Counted from the stretch's first letter, positions 29,227-39,893 are shown. The stretch: 64,000 bases of DNA from an uncultured Verrucomicrobiae bacterium (GCA_963735805.1 CAVTMK010000002.1:1472001-1536000), one strand, 5' to 3'. Notes: a model not told the origin generated them from the letters alone. Program-made: numbers and translations.

Positions 29227-32085
29227 ATGTTTGTTTCCAAGCCGTGGCCTCGAGCAATTTTGATCACTGTGCTCGCTGGTATCGCGATGTTACTCCTCGC
29301 ATGCTTCGCGTGGCGGGATCCGGCAATAAATTTTTTACCACGCGATGGCCGTGCGGACTGGATAGTCTTTCCTACGGCAGTTGATGCGCACGCCCATTGG
29401 TTTACCGGCCTCGACGCAACGTTTCGCCGGGAATTTATTTTGACGGACCGACCCGCCACGGCGCCTTTGAGCATCTGCGCAATGCGGCGTGCTGAAGTAA
29501 GAATCAACGGTATTTGGGTCAGTTTTCCGGCGAACCGTAACTGGAAGAAGACTGCGACCATCGACGTTGCCGAATACTTGCGGACCGGGACGAACATGAT
29601 TGAAGTGCGCGTTTTCAACCATAATGGTCCGCCAGCCTTCTGGCTGAAATTGACTACTGATCAAGGAGGCTTGCGCAGCGATACAAGTTGGGAAGTCTCG
29701 CTTGCTGGTTCTTCATGGCATCACGCGACGCTGGCGACGTCAGCGAAGGCGCCGGGGCCCGGCAATTCAATTGCTGGTGGCGAAAGCTCCTTCGCCGCAG
29801 CCCAGAAAATCTGGGTTCTCTGGATTGTTCTTATTGCGATTGCTTCTGTAGCGGCGGCCTTTATCTGGAATCTCAGCCCTAAGAATTTCACAGCGCGGCG
29901 ACCGGAGAAAACGCTGTTGATTGTCGTCGCCGGCCTCTGGTTGCTTTTATTCTGGAATAACACGCGACTACTACCATTCCACGAAGGCTTCGATTCAACG
30001 GAGCATCTTAAATACATCACCTACATCCAGGAACATCGAGCGTTTCCGCTGCCGACTGAAGGTTTGGAAATGTATCAGCCGCCGCTCTATTACTTGATCG
30101 GCGCGGCAGTTCTCTCAGCATGCAAGCTGTCAGTCAACGATCCGGTGTCGGTCACCGTTTTGCGTTTCCTTGGAGGATTTTTCGGCATCGCACAATTCGT
30201 TTTCGTTTTTTTGAGTGTGCGGCTCCTGCTTCCGCTGCGAGCGGCATTTATCGGCCTTTTGTTAGCAGCGTTTCTGCCGATGCATTTGTACCTGGCACAG
30301 TATGTGACGAACGAAATGCTGGCTGCGACTCTGGCGACGACGGCGCTTTATCTCTGTTTGTCTCTACTGAAGAGTGAAGTGCCGCGAGTATCGCAGTTTG
30401 CCTGGCTTGGGTTGGTGCTTGGCGCGGCGATGCTTGCCAAAGCGACCACCGTTTTGCTGCTTCCCGTCATAGTTGTTGCGATCGCTGGTAAGCTCATGTG
30501 CGCCCGGGTACCAATCGCCAACTCCGTACGCAATCTCGGGCTGCTACTTGCGATTTGTTTGGCTGTGTGCGGCTGGCATTACGCGCGCATCTGGCGGGAA
30601 TTCGGCACCCCGCTCCTTGGCAACTGGGATGTAGCCAGCGGGTTTACGTGGTGGCAGGATCCCGGTTATCACACGGTGGCTGATTACTTCCGATTCGGTC
30701 GATCGTTGCTGTATCCGTTGTTTAGCGGTTTCGCCGGATTTGCCGATGGGGTTTATTCCACACTGTGGGGCGACGGATTGTGCGGAGGGGCGTCGAGCTT
30801 GACACTCGCCTGGAACCAACAGCCAATGATCGCCGGTTATCTATCGGCGCTGATTCCCACTGTGCTGGTTCTTACGGGCACGATTGCCGCACTCGTTTGG
30901 TTCATCCGAAAACCCTCAAGCGAATTGTTTCTCCTACTTGGATTCTCCGCAGTGCTTGTGGTGGGCATGATCTTTATGACGTTAAAGGTTCCTTCGTATG
31001 CGCAAGCGAAAGCATTCTACGGGTTGTCGGCTCTCATGCCTTTTTGTTTCTTTGGTGCTTTGGGTTGGGAAACGGTGACACACACGAAGAAACTTCTGCA
31101 GCTCATTCTTGGTTTGCTCATCCTGGTTTGGGCGATGAACAGCTTCGCCGCTTACTGGATTGTTCCTTCGGTTACGCAGCATCTCTACGCCGCAAAAGCT
31201 CTCGCTACCCAGGACAAGATCGACTTGGCTGCCGCCGAAGCGCTTAAGGCCGTAAAAACAGATCCTTCGAACGCAATCGCGCGGGGTTTTCGCGCGTTGA
31301 GCTTGAGCGAGCTGGGGCAAGATAAGGGAGCCATTGAGGAAGCCGAACGCGCGCTTGAATTGAATCCGACCGGTTCGGGCCCGCATTTGGATCTGGCCAT
31401 TTGTGTAAAACCGAGCGACCAGGAGCGTGCGATCGCCGAAGCTCGCCGCGCTATTGAGCTGGGCCCGGAGAATTCTTCGGCCTACCAATTCCTCATAAAT
31501 TGTCTCTTGGAATCACAACATTACACCGAAGCGGCGGACCTGGGTCGAGAATGGTTGGTTGTTTCGCCTTACGATGCGGCTGCTCATTCTGCCCTGGGAT
31601 CAGCTCTGGCGGCGAAGGGCGATCTTGTCCCGGCGGTGCAACACCTCGGTTATGTCATGATGTTGAGGCCGGACCTTGAACAGGCTCATGCGCAATTGCG
31701 GCAGATTTTGCTGTCGTTCGCAAAGGAGTCTGACGGCTTGCAGCGGTTGCGCGAGATCGCAGCAAATGCGCCGGACTCGCCGCGAATGCTGGACGAAGTT
31801 GCATGGTTGCTTGCAACATATCCCGATTCGAAATCCCGTGACGGGGTCGAAGCAGTCCGCCTTGCCGAACGCGCCTGCGCTCTGACTGAACGGCGGATTC
31901 CCGCTCTTCTAGATACTCTGGCTGCGGCTTACGCTGAGGCAGGAGATTTTTCGCGAGCAATCAGCGCCGGAGAGGAAGCGCTGAAACGCGGGGGCTCTTC
32001 CGGGGACAATGACGCTGTCAAACTAAGCGAAAGTATCCTGGGATCGCTTCACCAAAATCTTCCATATCGCCAGGAGCCAGAGTAA
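29227..32085 (+). CDS. GT-C (ArnT/PMT-like) membrane glycosyltransferase with N-terminal beta-domain and C-terminal TPRs
   Basis: GFDSTEH...YQPPLYY motif, many TMs, LAKAT, TPR helices and LDTLAAAYAEAGDF. Confidence 0.75.
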   Translation: MFVSKPWPRAILITVLAGIAMLLLACFAWRDPAINFLPRDGRADWIVFPTAVDAHAHWFTGLDATFRREFILTDRPATAPLSICAMRRAEVRINGIWVSFPANRNWKKTATIDVAEYLRTGTNMIEVRVFNHNGPPAFWLKLTTDQGGLRSDTSWEVSLAGSSWHHATLATSAKAPGPGNSIAGGESSFAAAQKIWVLWIVLIAIASVAAAFIWNLSPKNFTARRPEKTLLIVVAGLWLLLFWNNTRLLPFHEGFDSTEHLKYITYIQEHRAFPLPTEGLEMYQPPLYYLIGAAVLSACKLSVNDPVSVTVLRFLGGFFGIAQFVFVFLSVRLLLPLRAAFIGLLLAAFLPMHLYLAQYVTNEMLAATLATTALYLCLSLLKSEVPRVSQFAWLGLVLGAAMLAKATTVLLLPVIVVAIAGKLMCARVPIANSVRNLGLLLAICLAVCGWHYARIWREFGTPLLGNWDVASGFTWWQDPGYHTVADYFRFGRSLLYPLFSGFAGFADGVYSTLWGDGLCGGASSLTLAWNQQPMIAGYLSALIPTVLVLTGTIAALVWFIRKPSSELFLLLGFSAVLVVGMIFMTLKVPSYAQAKAFYGLSALMPFCFFGALGWETVTHTKKLLQLILGLLILVWAMNSFAAYWIVPSVTQHLYAAKALATQDKIDLAAAEALKAVKTDPSNAIARGFRALSLSELGQDKGAIEEAERALELNPTGSGPHLDLAICVKPSDQERAIAEARRAIELGPENSSAYQFLINCLLESQHYTEAADLGREWLVVSPYDAAAHSALGSALAAKGDLVPAVQHLGYVMMLRPDLEQAHAQLRQILLSFAKESDGLQRLREIAANAPDSPRMLDEVAWLLATYPDSKSRDGVEAVRLAERACALTERRIPALLDTLAAAYAEAGDFSRAISAGEEALKRGGSSGDNDAVKLSESILGSLHQNLPYRQEPE

Positions 32086-32089
32086 CTCT

Positions 32090-33466
32090 TCATCTCCCTC
32101 GCCGGCGTGATGCTGGCGTCTCACTCTTCGCGCGGGGACGCAGAGTGAGAATAATCGGCAGCCCTGAGAAAGGCTGCGCATCGCGAATACGAGATTCCAG
32201 GTAGCGCTCGTAAGTCTGGCTCAATAAACGTGGCTCATTCACGAAAAGGACGAACTCAGGGGGCTGTAGCTGTTGATCTTCTTTCCCTTTGGATTGAGCG
32301 GCATAAAAGAGTTTGAGGCGCCGCCCCCTTATCGCCGCTGGCGGGCTCGCTTCAAACGCTTCTCGCAATAATCGGTTTAGAACTCCGGTCCCGACACGCT
32401 GTTGCGCTGCGCGTTGGACCTTTTCGATTAACGCAAACAATTTACTGACGTGCTCTCCGGTCAATGATGACGTAATCAATACTGGCGCATAATCCAAAAA
32501 GAACATTTGCTCACGCGCGCTCGCGACGAGTTTGGCGATGGTCTCTTTTTGATAGCGACTGGGCTTAATCAGGTCCCATTTGTTCAAGATAATGATCGCC
32601 GCTTTGTGCGCCGCCTGAATCAACCCAGCGATTCGTTTGTCCTGCGCGGTTACGCCGACTGTGAGATCGACAATCAGAACGCACAGGTCTGCGCGACGGA
32701 TGCTCCGTTCCGCGCGCATGACACTGAAAACTTCAACCGAACTGGATTGTTTACCTCGTCGGCGAATTCCGGCCGTATCGATGAAAACGAAACTCCGACC
32801 GTTACGTTCGTACAAAATGTCGCTGGCATCGCGCGTAGTTCCCGCAAGCTCGTTTACAATCGCTCGTTCGCCACGCACGATCGAATTGATGAGGGAAGAT
32901 TTTCCAACATTCGGTCGGCCGAGAATCGCGACAGCAAGAGAGGCGCGACTGGTGGCTTCTCGCTCGGGAGTCGGCGAGGGGAGAAGCCGGTCAATTGCCT
33001 CTAACAAATCCGAAATGCCTCGGCCATGTTCCGAGCTGATCGCAACACTGGACTCGAAGCCTAACGAATCGAACTCCGCCGCCAGCGCCTCGTGTTTTGG
33101 ATCATCAATTTTGTTGATCACGAGAACAACCGGTTTTCGAGATTTACGCAGCAAACGCGCGAGCTCTTCGTCGATCGGGGATAAACCGGATTTTGCATCG
33201 ACGACGAAAAGCAGAAAATCACTCTCGCCTAACGCCACCTCAGCGGCATGGCGTACTTGCATGCCTAATTCAGCCTCACCGCCCCCTAAAATTCCGCCAG
33301 TGTCCCATAAAACGAAGGGCCGCATACCTCGTGTGCAAACCGCCGATATTCTGTCGCGTGTAATTCCGGGCTGGTCATGAACAATCGCGATCTTTCGGCC
33401 AATCAGACGATTGAACAGCGCAGACTTGCCGACGTTTGGCCGCCCAATGATTGCGACGCTCGGCAT
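32090..33466 (-). CDS. der: Ribosome biogenesis GTPase Der
   Basis: Two GRPNVGKS / DTxG / NKxD GTPase domains. Confidence 0.96.
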   Translation of the reverse strand: MPSVAIIGRPNVGKSALFNRLIGRKIAIVHDQPGITRDRISAVCTRGMRPFVLWDTGGILGGGEAELGMQVRHAAEVALGESDFLLFVVDAKSGLSPIDEELARLLRKSRKPVVLVINKIDDPKHEALAAEFDSLGFESSVAISSEHGRGISDLLEAIDRLLPSPTPEREATSRASLAVAILGRPNVGKSSLINSIVRGERAIVNELAGTTRDASDILYERNGRSFVFIDTAGIRRRGKQSSSVEVFSVMRAERSIRRADLCVLIVDLTVGVTAQDKRIAGLIQAAHKAAIIILNKWDLIKPSRYQKETIAKLVASAREQMFFLDYAPVLITSSLTGEHVSKLFALIEKVQRAAQQRVGTGVLNRLLREAFEASPPAAIRGRRLKLFYAAQSKGKEDQQLQPPEFVLFVNEPRLLSQTYERYLESRIRDAQPFSGLPIILTLRPRAKSETPASRRRGR

Positions 33467-33502
33467 ATCTGTTCGGCCGTTCATCGCCCGGGGAATCCTT
33501 TC

Positions 33503-34111
33503 CTAACCTCGCTGCGGATGCGCATGCCCTTCGGCTTGCAGTTGGCGCACACCGTCCAGGACGTAAACCACTCCCGAGATCAAAGTAAAAACTCCTGCAA
33601 CTACCACAACGAGAAACAACGGCAGAAAACGCAACTGCAACATCACCCAGGCAATCGCACACATCTGGCAAACGGTGGCTACCTTGCCCGTCCAGTTGGG
33701 TTTGACTCGCATTTTGTTGCCAATCAGTACATGCAGAATCACGGCGCCGACGAGAATGACTGCGTCACGCGTGATTACCAGGACCGGAAACCACACGGGA
33801 AAACTTCCATAGTCAGGATCAGACTCGCTCCAGTTACTGATACTCAGAGTGATGATGCCGCTCAAAAGCAATCCTTTGTCCGCTATTGGGTCTAGATACA
33901 CTCCGAGCGAGCTGCGCTGGTTGTATCGCCGCGCAACGTATCCGTCCAGTCCGTCGCTTACGGCCGCAAGAATAAAAATGATGATCGCTGCGAAGCGCTG
34001 CCATTCCAGCGGCTGGCCGCGCTTGATGCTTTCACCATAATAAATCGCCATCGTCACAAAAGCCGGAATCATCAATATCCGGACGACAGTGATCTTGTTA
34101 GCCGTAGTCAT
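33503..34111 (-). CDS. CDP-alcohol phosphatidyltransferase (PgsA-like)
   Basis: ANKITVVR and SDGLDGYVARRYNQRSSLGVYLDPIADK. Confidence 0.9.
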   Translation of the reverse strand: MTTANKITVVRILMIPAFVTMAIYYGESIKRGQPLEWQRFAAIIIFILAAVSDGLDGYVARRYNQRSSLGVYLDPIADKGLLLSGIITLSISNWSESDPDYGSFPVWFPVLVITRDAVILVGAVILHVLIGNKMRVKPNWTGKVATVCQMCAIAWVMLQLRFLPLFLVVVVAGVFTLISGVVYVLDGVRQLQAEGHAHPQRG

Positions 34112-34261
34112 AACGGGAATCGCAGACAATTGTAGGGCGTTTGATTCGCTCGCGCCAGCGGGCTCACCCCTGCGGTTTCTAGTCTAGGTCGTTTGGCGTT
34201 TTACTGGATGTACCTGCTAAGCTTTCGCTTCTAATTGGGGCGAGCGTTCGTAAAGTGCCAG

Positions 34262-37200
34262 TTAAGCTGAAGCCGCTTTTTTCTCTGCCGTCGGGATTCT
34301 AAAGCCTTCGATCTGTTTTTTGACTTCGTTCGCGAAACTGGCGGCGCGAGCCCCGTTTACAACGCGATGATCGAACGTAAGCGACAGAGTAATGACTTCC
34401 GCGCTTTCGTTTTTCTTTCCGTTTGGCATCAGCTCGCGATGAGCGGTGCCGACAAATAGCGTCCCGACTGAGGGTGGCACAACGATGGGGGCGCCGGCCT
34501 TTACGCCGAATGCGCCCAGACTTGTAATCACAACCGGGGCGTTCATCGCATCGACACGGCCAGCGCGAGTAGCATCGACCGTTTCGTTGTAAGTCTGCGC
34601 GAACTCCGGCCAGGACTTCTTGTTCGCATCAACAATCACCGCTGTCGCGAGACGATCGTCTTCCAGCGCTACGGCGATGCCCAGGTCGAAATTTTCGTTC
34701 TCCACAATACGCTCGTCTTCAAAAATGAGGCGCCGAAACGGCGGATGCTTTTCCATGGCTCGCACCACTGCCCACGCGATCATCACCGAAGGAGAAGGGG
34801 CGTCTTTTCCATTCTTTCCTTTCGCTGCATCGCGCACCTTGCGAATTGTGTCCCATTGCACATCGATCTGCAGGTTGGCAGGGATCACATGAGCGAGTTT
34901 GCGCGTGATCGTCGGCGACAGAGCCGGTTCGATTGCTGTAGCCGGGGTCGCTGACCCCTGCCGCGTGATATCGCGCGGAGACCCTGAGAGGCCGCGGTCG
35001 GCGCCCGCGGCTACAGGCTCTCCCGCAGAGTCCTTAGCCGCTTCCTGAAAGTAGTCGGCAAACGATGATTCAGCGGTTAGGATCGTGCCAAGCTCCTGAC
35101 CAATCTCGACCCTGTCGCCTACTTTTGTTTTCCATTCGCCCATCACGCCTGTAAAGGACGACTGAATGGGATAAACAGCTTTGTCCGTTTCCACTTCGCA
35201 AAGCTCATCGTCGAGCGCAATCGGATCGCCGGGATCCTTCAAAAGCGAAACCACTTTTGCGCTGCGGATTCCTTCACCCATGATGGGAACGGTGATGGTT
35301 TGAACAAGCTGCTTGCCGGTTTCGGCGGTAGACGGGGAGTCTGCGCCCAGCAGCGGCGCATGGGTAATGGGCGGGGCCGAGCGGCCGCGGCCAGTGACCG
35401 CGGCTACAGGACGTTCCTGCCTCGTTTCAATGGAGCGCTGAATTGCAGAGATGACCCGCTCAACGTCTGGTAACGCCGCGTACTCGTAAATCGGATTGTA
35501 ACCGACCATCACGTTCGCTTTGCTAACCAGAATCGGGGGAGTGATCATTTCATTCCATAACTCTGGCTGACTCGTGATGTGAGAAATTAACATCTGCCCG
35601 ACACTGCAACTCTCGGTGTCCTCCTGGACCACGACCAACCGGCGAGTCTTCCGCACTGATTCCTCAACTGCCGCTTTGTCCCACGGAACGATGGAACGCA
35701 GATCGATTAGTTCGACGCTGACCGTGTCGCCGATCTTGTCCAGAGCTTCCAACGATTTCTCAATTGTATTGCCCCACGCAACGAGTGTGACCTCAGAGCC
35801 ATCACGCAACTTGTGCGCCTCGCCCAGCGGAACCGCCTGGAGTGGTCCTGTGTACTCGTGTTCCGCCCAAAGGAGATGTTTGGGTATCAGAAACATCACG
35901 GGATCTTCACCATGCATGGCAGTCCAAAGCAATCCGGCGGCATCAGCGGGGGTGCTTGGTATGACAATGTTTAGCCCCGGATAATGTGCGAGCGCGGACT
36001 CGTTCGCCTGACTGTGCCACAAGCTTCCGCCGGGCAAATAAGCACCGTAGGGCGCATAAATCACCGCCGGACATTTCCAATTGCCGAACGACCGCCAACG
36101 CAAATTTGAAATATTTGTGACCAACTGGTTGAACCCCGGATAAATGAAATCAATAAATTGCAATTCGAAGACCGGGCGTTTGCCGTATGCGGCCAGACCG
36201 CATGCGACACCAAGAATCGTCGATTCAGCAAGAGGCGAATTAAACACCTGTTTGGGAAACTCGGTTGAAAGCTTTTGCGTGAGCCGAAACACACCGCCCT
36301 TCGGATCCTCAATGTCCTCACCAAAAAGGATGCGCCGGGGATCTTCCTCCAGACCGAGCCGCAATGTCTTGTTCACGGTATCCCCGATACGATATTTTCC
36401 AGGTGGCAGAATGTCCTTGTTAACCTTTGGAGGTAGTTCGCTCACGTTGGCAAGTAACTCGTTAGGCGACGGATCTTCGGCTTTTTCCGCCTCGGCATAC
36501 TCGCGGCGAATGCGCTCCTTAACTTCATTATCGAGCCTGGCGAATTCCTCGACAGTAATCGCGCCTTCCTCGATGAGTTGATGCTTCCAACTCTTGAGTG
36601 GATCTGATTTTTCCAGTGTCTGCAGTTCTTCCGCGCTGCGGTAAAGCTTCTGATCGTCGGAGCTGGTGTGACTGGAAAGGCGCTCCATCCTGATCCAAAA
36701 AAAGAACGGACCGCCCCCGGCGCGAATTTTTTCGAACGCTTCTGCGGTCGCGTCATGGACCTGTTGGACGTCCTGTCCTTCAATTCGACGCCAGTTGTCC
36801 GGTTCGAGAACTTTGAGTTCCAGCGGATTGTTCTTCCGCGTCGGCATGCTGATGCCGTAGCCGTTGTCTTCGACGAGAAAAAGCATGGGAAGTTTCTTCT
36901 CCTTGGCGAAACAGAGCGCTTCGAAAAAATCGCCCTGGCGTGTCGCTGCGTCACCGATCGTGGTGACAACGAGATTCTTTTTGCCGTCCAGCTGAATGCC
37001 CCACGCCATGCCGCACGCCGGAAGCAACTGCGAACCCGTCGGCGTCGGCACACTCCAGATGTGCAAATCCGCATTACTATAGTGCGATGGCATTTGCCGG
37101 CCGCCGCTTCCAGTATTCCGCTTGGCAAAATATTCCAGGCCCAGCTGTCGCGTGGTCATTCCGCGCCCGAGAACAAGGCCGCGGTCGCGATAATACGAAA

Positions 37201-37381
37201 CGATGTAGTCATCAGGCTCCATTTGGATCGAGACGGCTGCGAGCGCTTCGTGGCCCATTCCGGAAACATGAAAATGCCCCTTGCCCTGACGATTCAGATT
37301 CTGTTCACGCAGATCTGCATGGCGACTTTCCAGGATCGTGGTTAAAAGTCGCAGTTTATCTTCCTTGCTGAGCGCGGGCAT
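34262..37381 (-). CDS. Single-chain 2-oxoacid dehydrogenase: E1alpha + E1beta + lipoyl domain + E2 acyltransferase
   Basis: GHEA, YYRD, ThDP motif GDAA...DN, HTSSDD; E1beta GEDI, PLAES, WHSQ; lipoyl ETDKA; E2 FDHRVVNG. Confidence 0.9.
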   Translation of the reverse strand: MPALSKEDKLRLLTTILESRHADLREQNLNRQGKGHFHVSGMGHEALAAVSIQMEPDDYIVSYYRDRGLVLGRGMTTRQLGLEYFAKRNTGSGGRQMPSHYSNADLHIWSVPTPTGSQLLPACGMAWGIQLDGKKNLVVTTIGDAATRQGDFFEALCFAKEKKLPMLFLVEDNGYGISMPTRKNNPLELKVLEPDNWRRIEGQDVQQVHDATAEAFEKIRAGGGPFFFWIRMERLSSHTSSDDQKLYRSAEELQTLEKSDPLKSWKHQLIEEGAITVEEFARLDNEVKERIRREYAEAEKAEDPSPNELLANVSELPPKVNKDILPPGKYRIGDTVNKTLRLGLEEDPRRILFGEDIEDPKGGVFRLTQKLSTEFPKQVFNSPLAESTILGVACGLAAYGKRPVFELQFIDFIYPGFNQLVTNISNLRWRSFGNWKCPAVIYAPYGAYLPGGSLWHSQANESALAHYPGLNIVIPSTPADAAGLLWTAMHGEDPVMFLIPKHLLWAEHEYTGPLQAVPLGEAHKLRDGSEVTLVAWGNTIEKSLEALDKIGDTVSVELIDLRSIVPWDKAAVEESVRKTRRLVVVQEDTESCSVGQMLISHITSQPELWNEMITPPILVSKANVMVGYNPIYEYAALPDVERVISAIQRSIETRQERPVAAVTGRGRSAPPITHAPLLGADSPSTAETGKQLVQTITVPIMGEGIRSAKVVSLLKDPGDPIALDDELCEVETDKAVYPIQSSFTGVMGEWKTKVGDRVEIGQELGTILTAESSFADYFQEAAKDSAGEPVAAGADRGLSGSPRDITRQGSATPATAIEPALSPTITRKLAHVIPANLQIDVQWDTIRKVRDAAKGKNGKDAPSPSVMIAWAVVRAMEKHPPFRRLIFEDERIVENENFDLGIAVALEDDRLATAVIVDANKKSWPEFAQTYNETVDATRAGRVDAMNAPVVITSLGAFGVKAGAPIVVPPSVGTLFVGTAHRELMPNGKKNESAEVITLSLTFDHRVVNGARAASFANEVKKQIEGFRIPTAEKKAASA
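34936..35016. repeat. REP doublet in frame in the lipoyl-E2 linker
   Basis: CTGTAGCCGGGGTCGCTGACCCCTG ... CCGCGGTCGGCGCCCGCGGCTACAG; 81 bp, arms 20/25 identical when inverted. Confidence 0.8.
35385..35409 (-). repeat. Single REP in the E1beta-lipoyl linker
   Basis: Minus strand CTGTAGCCGCGGTCACTGGCCGCGG; same family as 34936-35016. Confidence 0.75.
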
Positions 37382-37443
37382 ACGGCATGATCTTACACAG
37401 CACTTACGGATGGACAATCAGACGGACTTATTTCGAATAGGAA

Positions 37444-38532
37444 ATGCACACCGAAAGAACAACATCAAAATTTGGCGTGATCGAGCGTTATCGGGAATAT
37501 CTTCCCGTTACTGAGTTCACGCCGATTGTTTCCCTGGGCGAGGGGAGTACGCCGCTGGTGTTTTGCCCGCGATTGAGTAAGCGCGTCGGTCGCGCGGTTC
37601 TCGTCAAAAACGAAGGCCTAAACCCAACGGGCTCGTTCAAGGACCGCGGCATGACCGTGGCAGTATCGAAAGCGATCGAGCGCGGCACAAAAACTCTCAT
37701 TTGCGCCTCAACGGGGAACACATCGGCGTCCGCAGCGGCGTATGCAGCGCGCGCGGGAATCTCGTGCGCTGTAGTCTTGCCTGCTGGCAAGATCGCAAGA
37801 GGTAAATTGCTGCAGGCCGTCGCGTGCGGTGCAAAAATCATCGCCCTGGAAGGGAACTTCGATGACGCGCTACGGATCGTTCGGGAGCTTGGCGAACAGC
37901 GCGGTCTCGCCGTTGTAAATTCGATTAATCCGGATCGGATTGCGGGGCAGAAGACAGCTGCGTTCGAAATTGTTGATACTCTGAGCGACGCACCCGATTT
38001 TCATCTGCTGCCTGTGGGCAATGCCGGAAACATCACCGCGTATTGGGCGGGCTATCGAGAATATCACGCGTGCGAAAGGTCCACGAAGTTACCGGTAATG
38101 ATTGGCTTTCAATCCGCGGGCGCGGCGCCAATCTTTTACAATCGCATCGTTGAGAAACCGGAAACGGTTGCGTCGGCAATTCGCATTGGCAACCCGGCAA
38201 GTTGGAAGCAGGCCCGGACCGCGATCCTCGAATCGCGTGGCGCAATTGATGTTGTCAGTGACGAAGAACTTCTTGCGGCACAGACCTGGCTGGCGCAGCA
38301 CGAGGGAATTTTTGTCGAACCGGCAAGTGCCGCGTCCATCGCAGGGCTTTTCAAATGCTGCGACTCGAAGAATGCAGCATATTCGTTTCAGAAGATTCCA
38401 GAGGAAAGCCGAATTGTTTGCACGGTCACTGGGCATGGATTGAAAGATCCCGATGTGATTACTTCGACGATGAAGGAATTAAGATCTGTTCCTCCGACCC
38501 TGAGCGCTGTACAGAGCGCGATTGAACTGTAG
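37444..38532 (+). CDS. thrC: Threonine synthase
   Basis: NPTGSFKDRG, ASTGNTS, PVGNAGN, TGHGLKDP. Confidence 0.95.
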   Translation: MHTERTTSKFGVIERYREYLPVTEFTPIVSLGEGSTPLVFCPRLSKRVGRAVLVKNEGLNPTGSFKDRGMTVAVSKAIERGTKTLICASTGNTSASAAAYAARAGISCAVVLPAGKIARGKLLQAVACGAKIIALEGNFDDALRIVRELGEQRGLAVVNSINPDRIAGQKTAAFEIVDTLSDAPDFHLLPVGNAGNITAYWAGYREYHACERSTKLPVMIGFQSAGAAPIFYNRIVEKPETVASAIRIGNPASWKQARTAILESRGAIDVVSDEELLAAQTWLAQHEGIFVEPASAASIAGLFKCCDSKNAAYSFQKIPEESRIVCTVTGHGLKDPDVITSTMKELRSVPPTLSAVQSAIEL

Positions 38533-38615
38533 GCTTTGGTACGGCGTTTGTAGTGACTGCAATGCCACATGCCAGGTTTGCGTTGGAAGTTCGTGTTTCA
38601 TAATCTAATTCTGTC

Positions 38616-39866
38616 ATGCGCCTGATCGTTCAAAAATATGGCGGTACGTCCGTAGGCACTCCTGAGCGAATTTGTAAAGCGGCCCGCCGAATTCTTGAGA
38701 CGCAGCGCAAGGGTTGTCGGGTTGTCGCGGTCATCTCGGCGATGGGCGGGGTAACCGATCAGTTAATCAAGCTTGCTAAGGATGTCTCGCCGGCGCCGAC
38801 AGAACGCGAGCTCGATATCTTGCTTGCCACTGGTGAGCGTGCCGCAGCCGCCTTGACTGCCATGGCAGTGAACGCGTTGGGTGGAACAGCGATCTCCCTG
38901 ACTGGCGCTCAAGCAGGAATCCTAACCGATCGCAGTCATGCCAAGGCGCGGATCGCGAATATTAGTCCAAAGCGGATTCACGAGATCCTATCGGAGGATT
39001 ACATCGTAATCGTGGCCGGTTTTCAGGGACAAACCCCGGAGGGAGATACGACCACGCTTGGCCGGGGCGGTTCGGACTTAACCGCCATTGCGCTTGCAGG
39101 CGCATTGAACGCTGACGCCTGCCAGATTTTTACCGATGTGGATGGTGTGTTCACTTGCGATCCACGTTTAGTCAAAGACGCAAAAAAAGTCAGTGAGATT
39201 GCCTATGACGAGATGCTCGAGATGGCTGGCAGCGGCGCAAAGGTAATGCAGTCGCGTGCTGTGGAGTTTGCTAAGAAATTTGGAGTCGAGTTTGAAGTAC
39301 GATCAAGCTTTAACAAAAGGCGCGGCACGATTGCCAGAGAAGAGACTCCCAGTATGGAAGACGTCGTGGTTCGGGGGATCAGTCTCGACAGGCATCAAGC
39401 CAAACTCAGCATCGCCGGAGTGCGCGATGAACCGGGAATGGCTGCCCGGATTTTTTCGAATATTGCCGCGGCGCACATCATCGTCGACATGATCGTGCAG
39501 AATGCATCCATCGGCGGAACGACTGATGTTTCATTCACGATTCATGAAGACGAACTGGAAAACGCCCGGACAATCCTGATGCCGGTGATTGGGCAGATTG
39601 GCGCTAAGCGCTTGAACACAAGCGCCGGTGTGGCCAAGCTGAGCGTGGTCGGAATCGGGATGCGATCACATTCGGGTGTCGCGGCGCGAATGTTCGAATG
39701 CCTGGGGAAAAGTGGAATCAACATTCAGTTGGTTTCCACTTCGGAGATCAAGATTGCAGTCATCATTGATGAAAAGGATGCGGAACAAGCAGCGCAATTG
39801 ATTCACGCGGAGTTTGGTCTGACGCGTTTGCTGCCTGTCGCCTCTGCCACGCGGGCGCTTGGCTGA
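38616..39866 (+). CDS. lysC: Aspartate kinase
   Basis: VQKYGGTSV, TTLGRGGSD, TDVDG, two ACT domains, STSEIKI. Confidence 0.96.
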   Translation: MRLIVQKYGGTSVGTPERICKAARRILETQRKGCRVVAVISAMGGVTDQLIKLAKDVSPAPTERELDILLATGERAAAALTAMAVNALGGTAISLTGAQAGILTDRSHAKARIANISPKRIHEILSEDYIVIVAGFQGQTPEGDTTTLGRGGSDLTAIALAGALNADACQIFTDVDGVFTCDPRLVKDAKKVSEIAYDEMLEMAGSGAKVMQSRAVEFAKKFGVEFEVRSSFNKRRGTIAREETPSMEDVVVRGISLDRHQAKLSIAGVRDEPGMAARIFSNIAAAHIIVDMIVQNASIGGTTDVSFTIHEDELENARTILMPVIGQIGAKRLNTSAGVAKLSVVGIGMRSHSGVAARMFECLGKSGINIQLVSTSEIKIAVIIDEKDAEQAAQLIHAEFGLTRLLPVASATRALG

Positions 39867-39893
39867 TTCTTAAAGAAGCCTAATCCCGATTTG

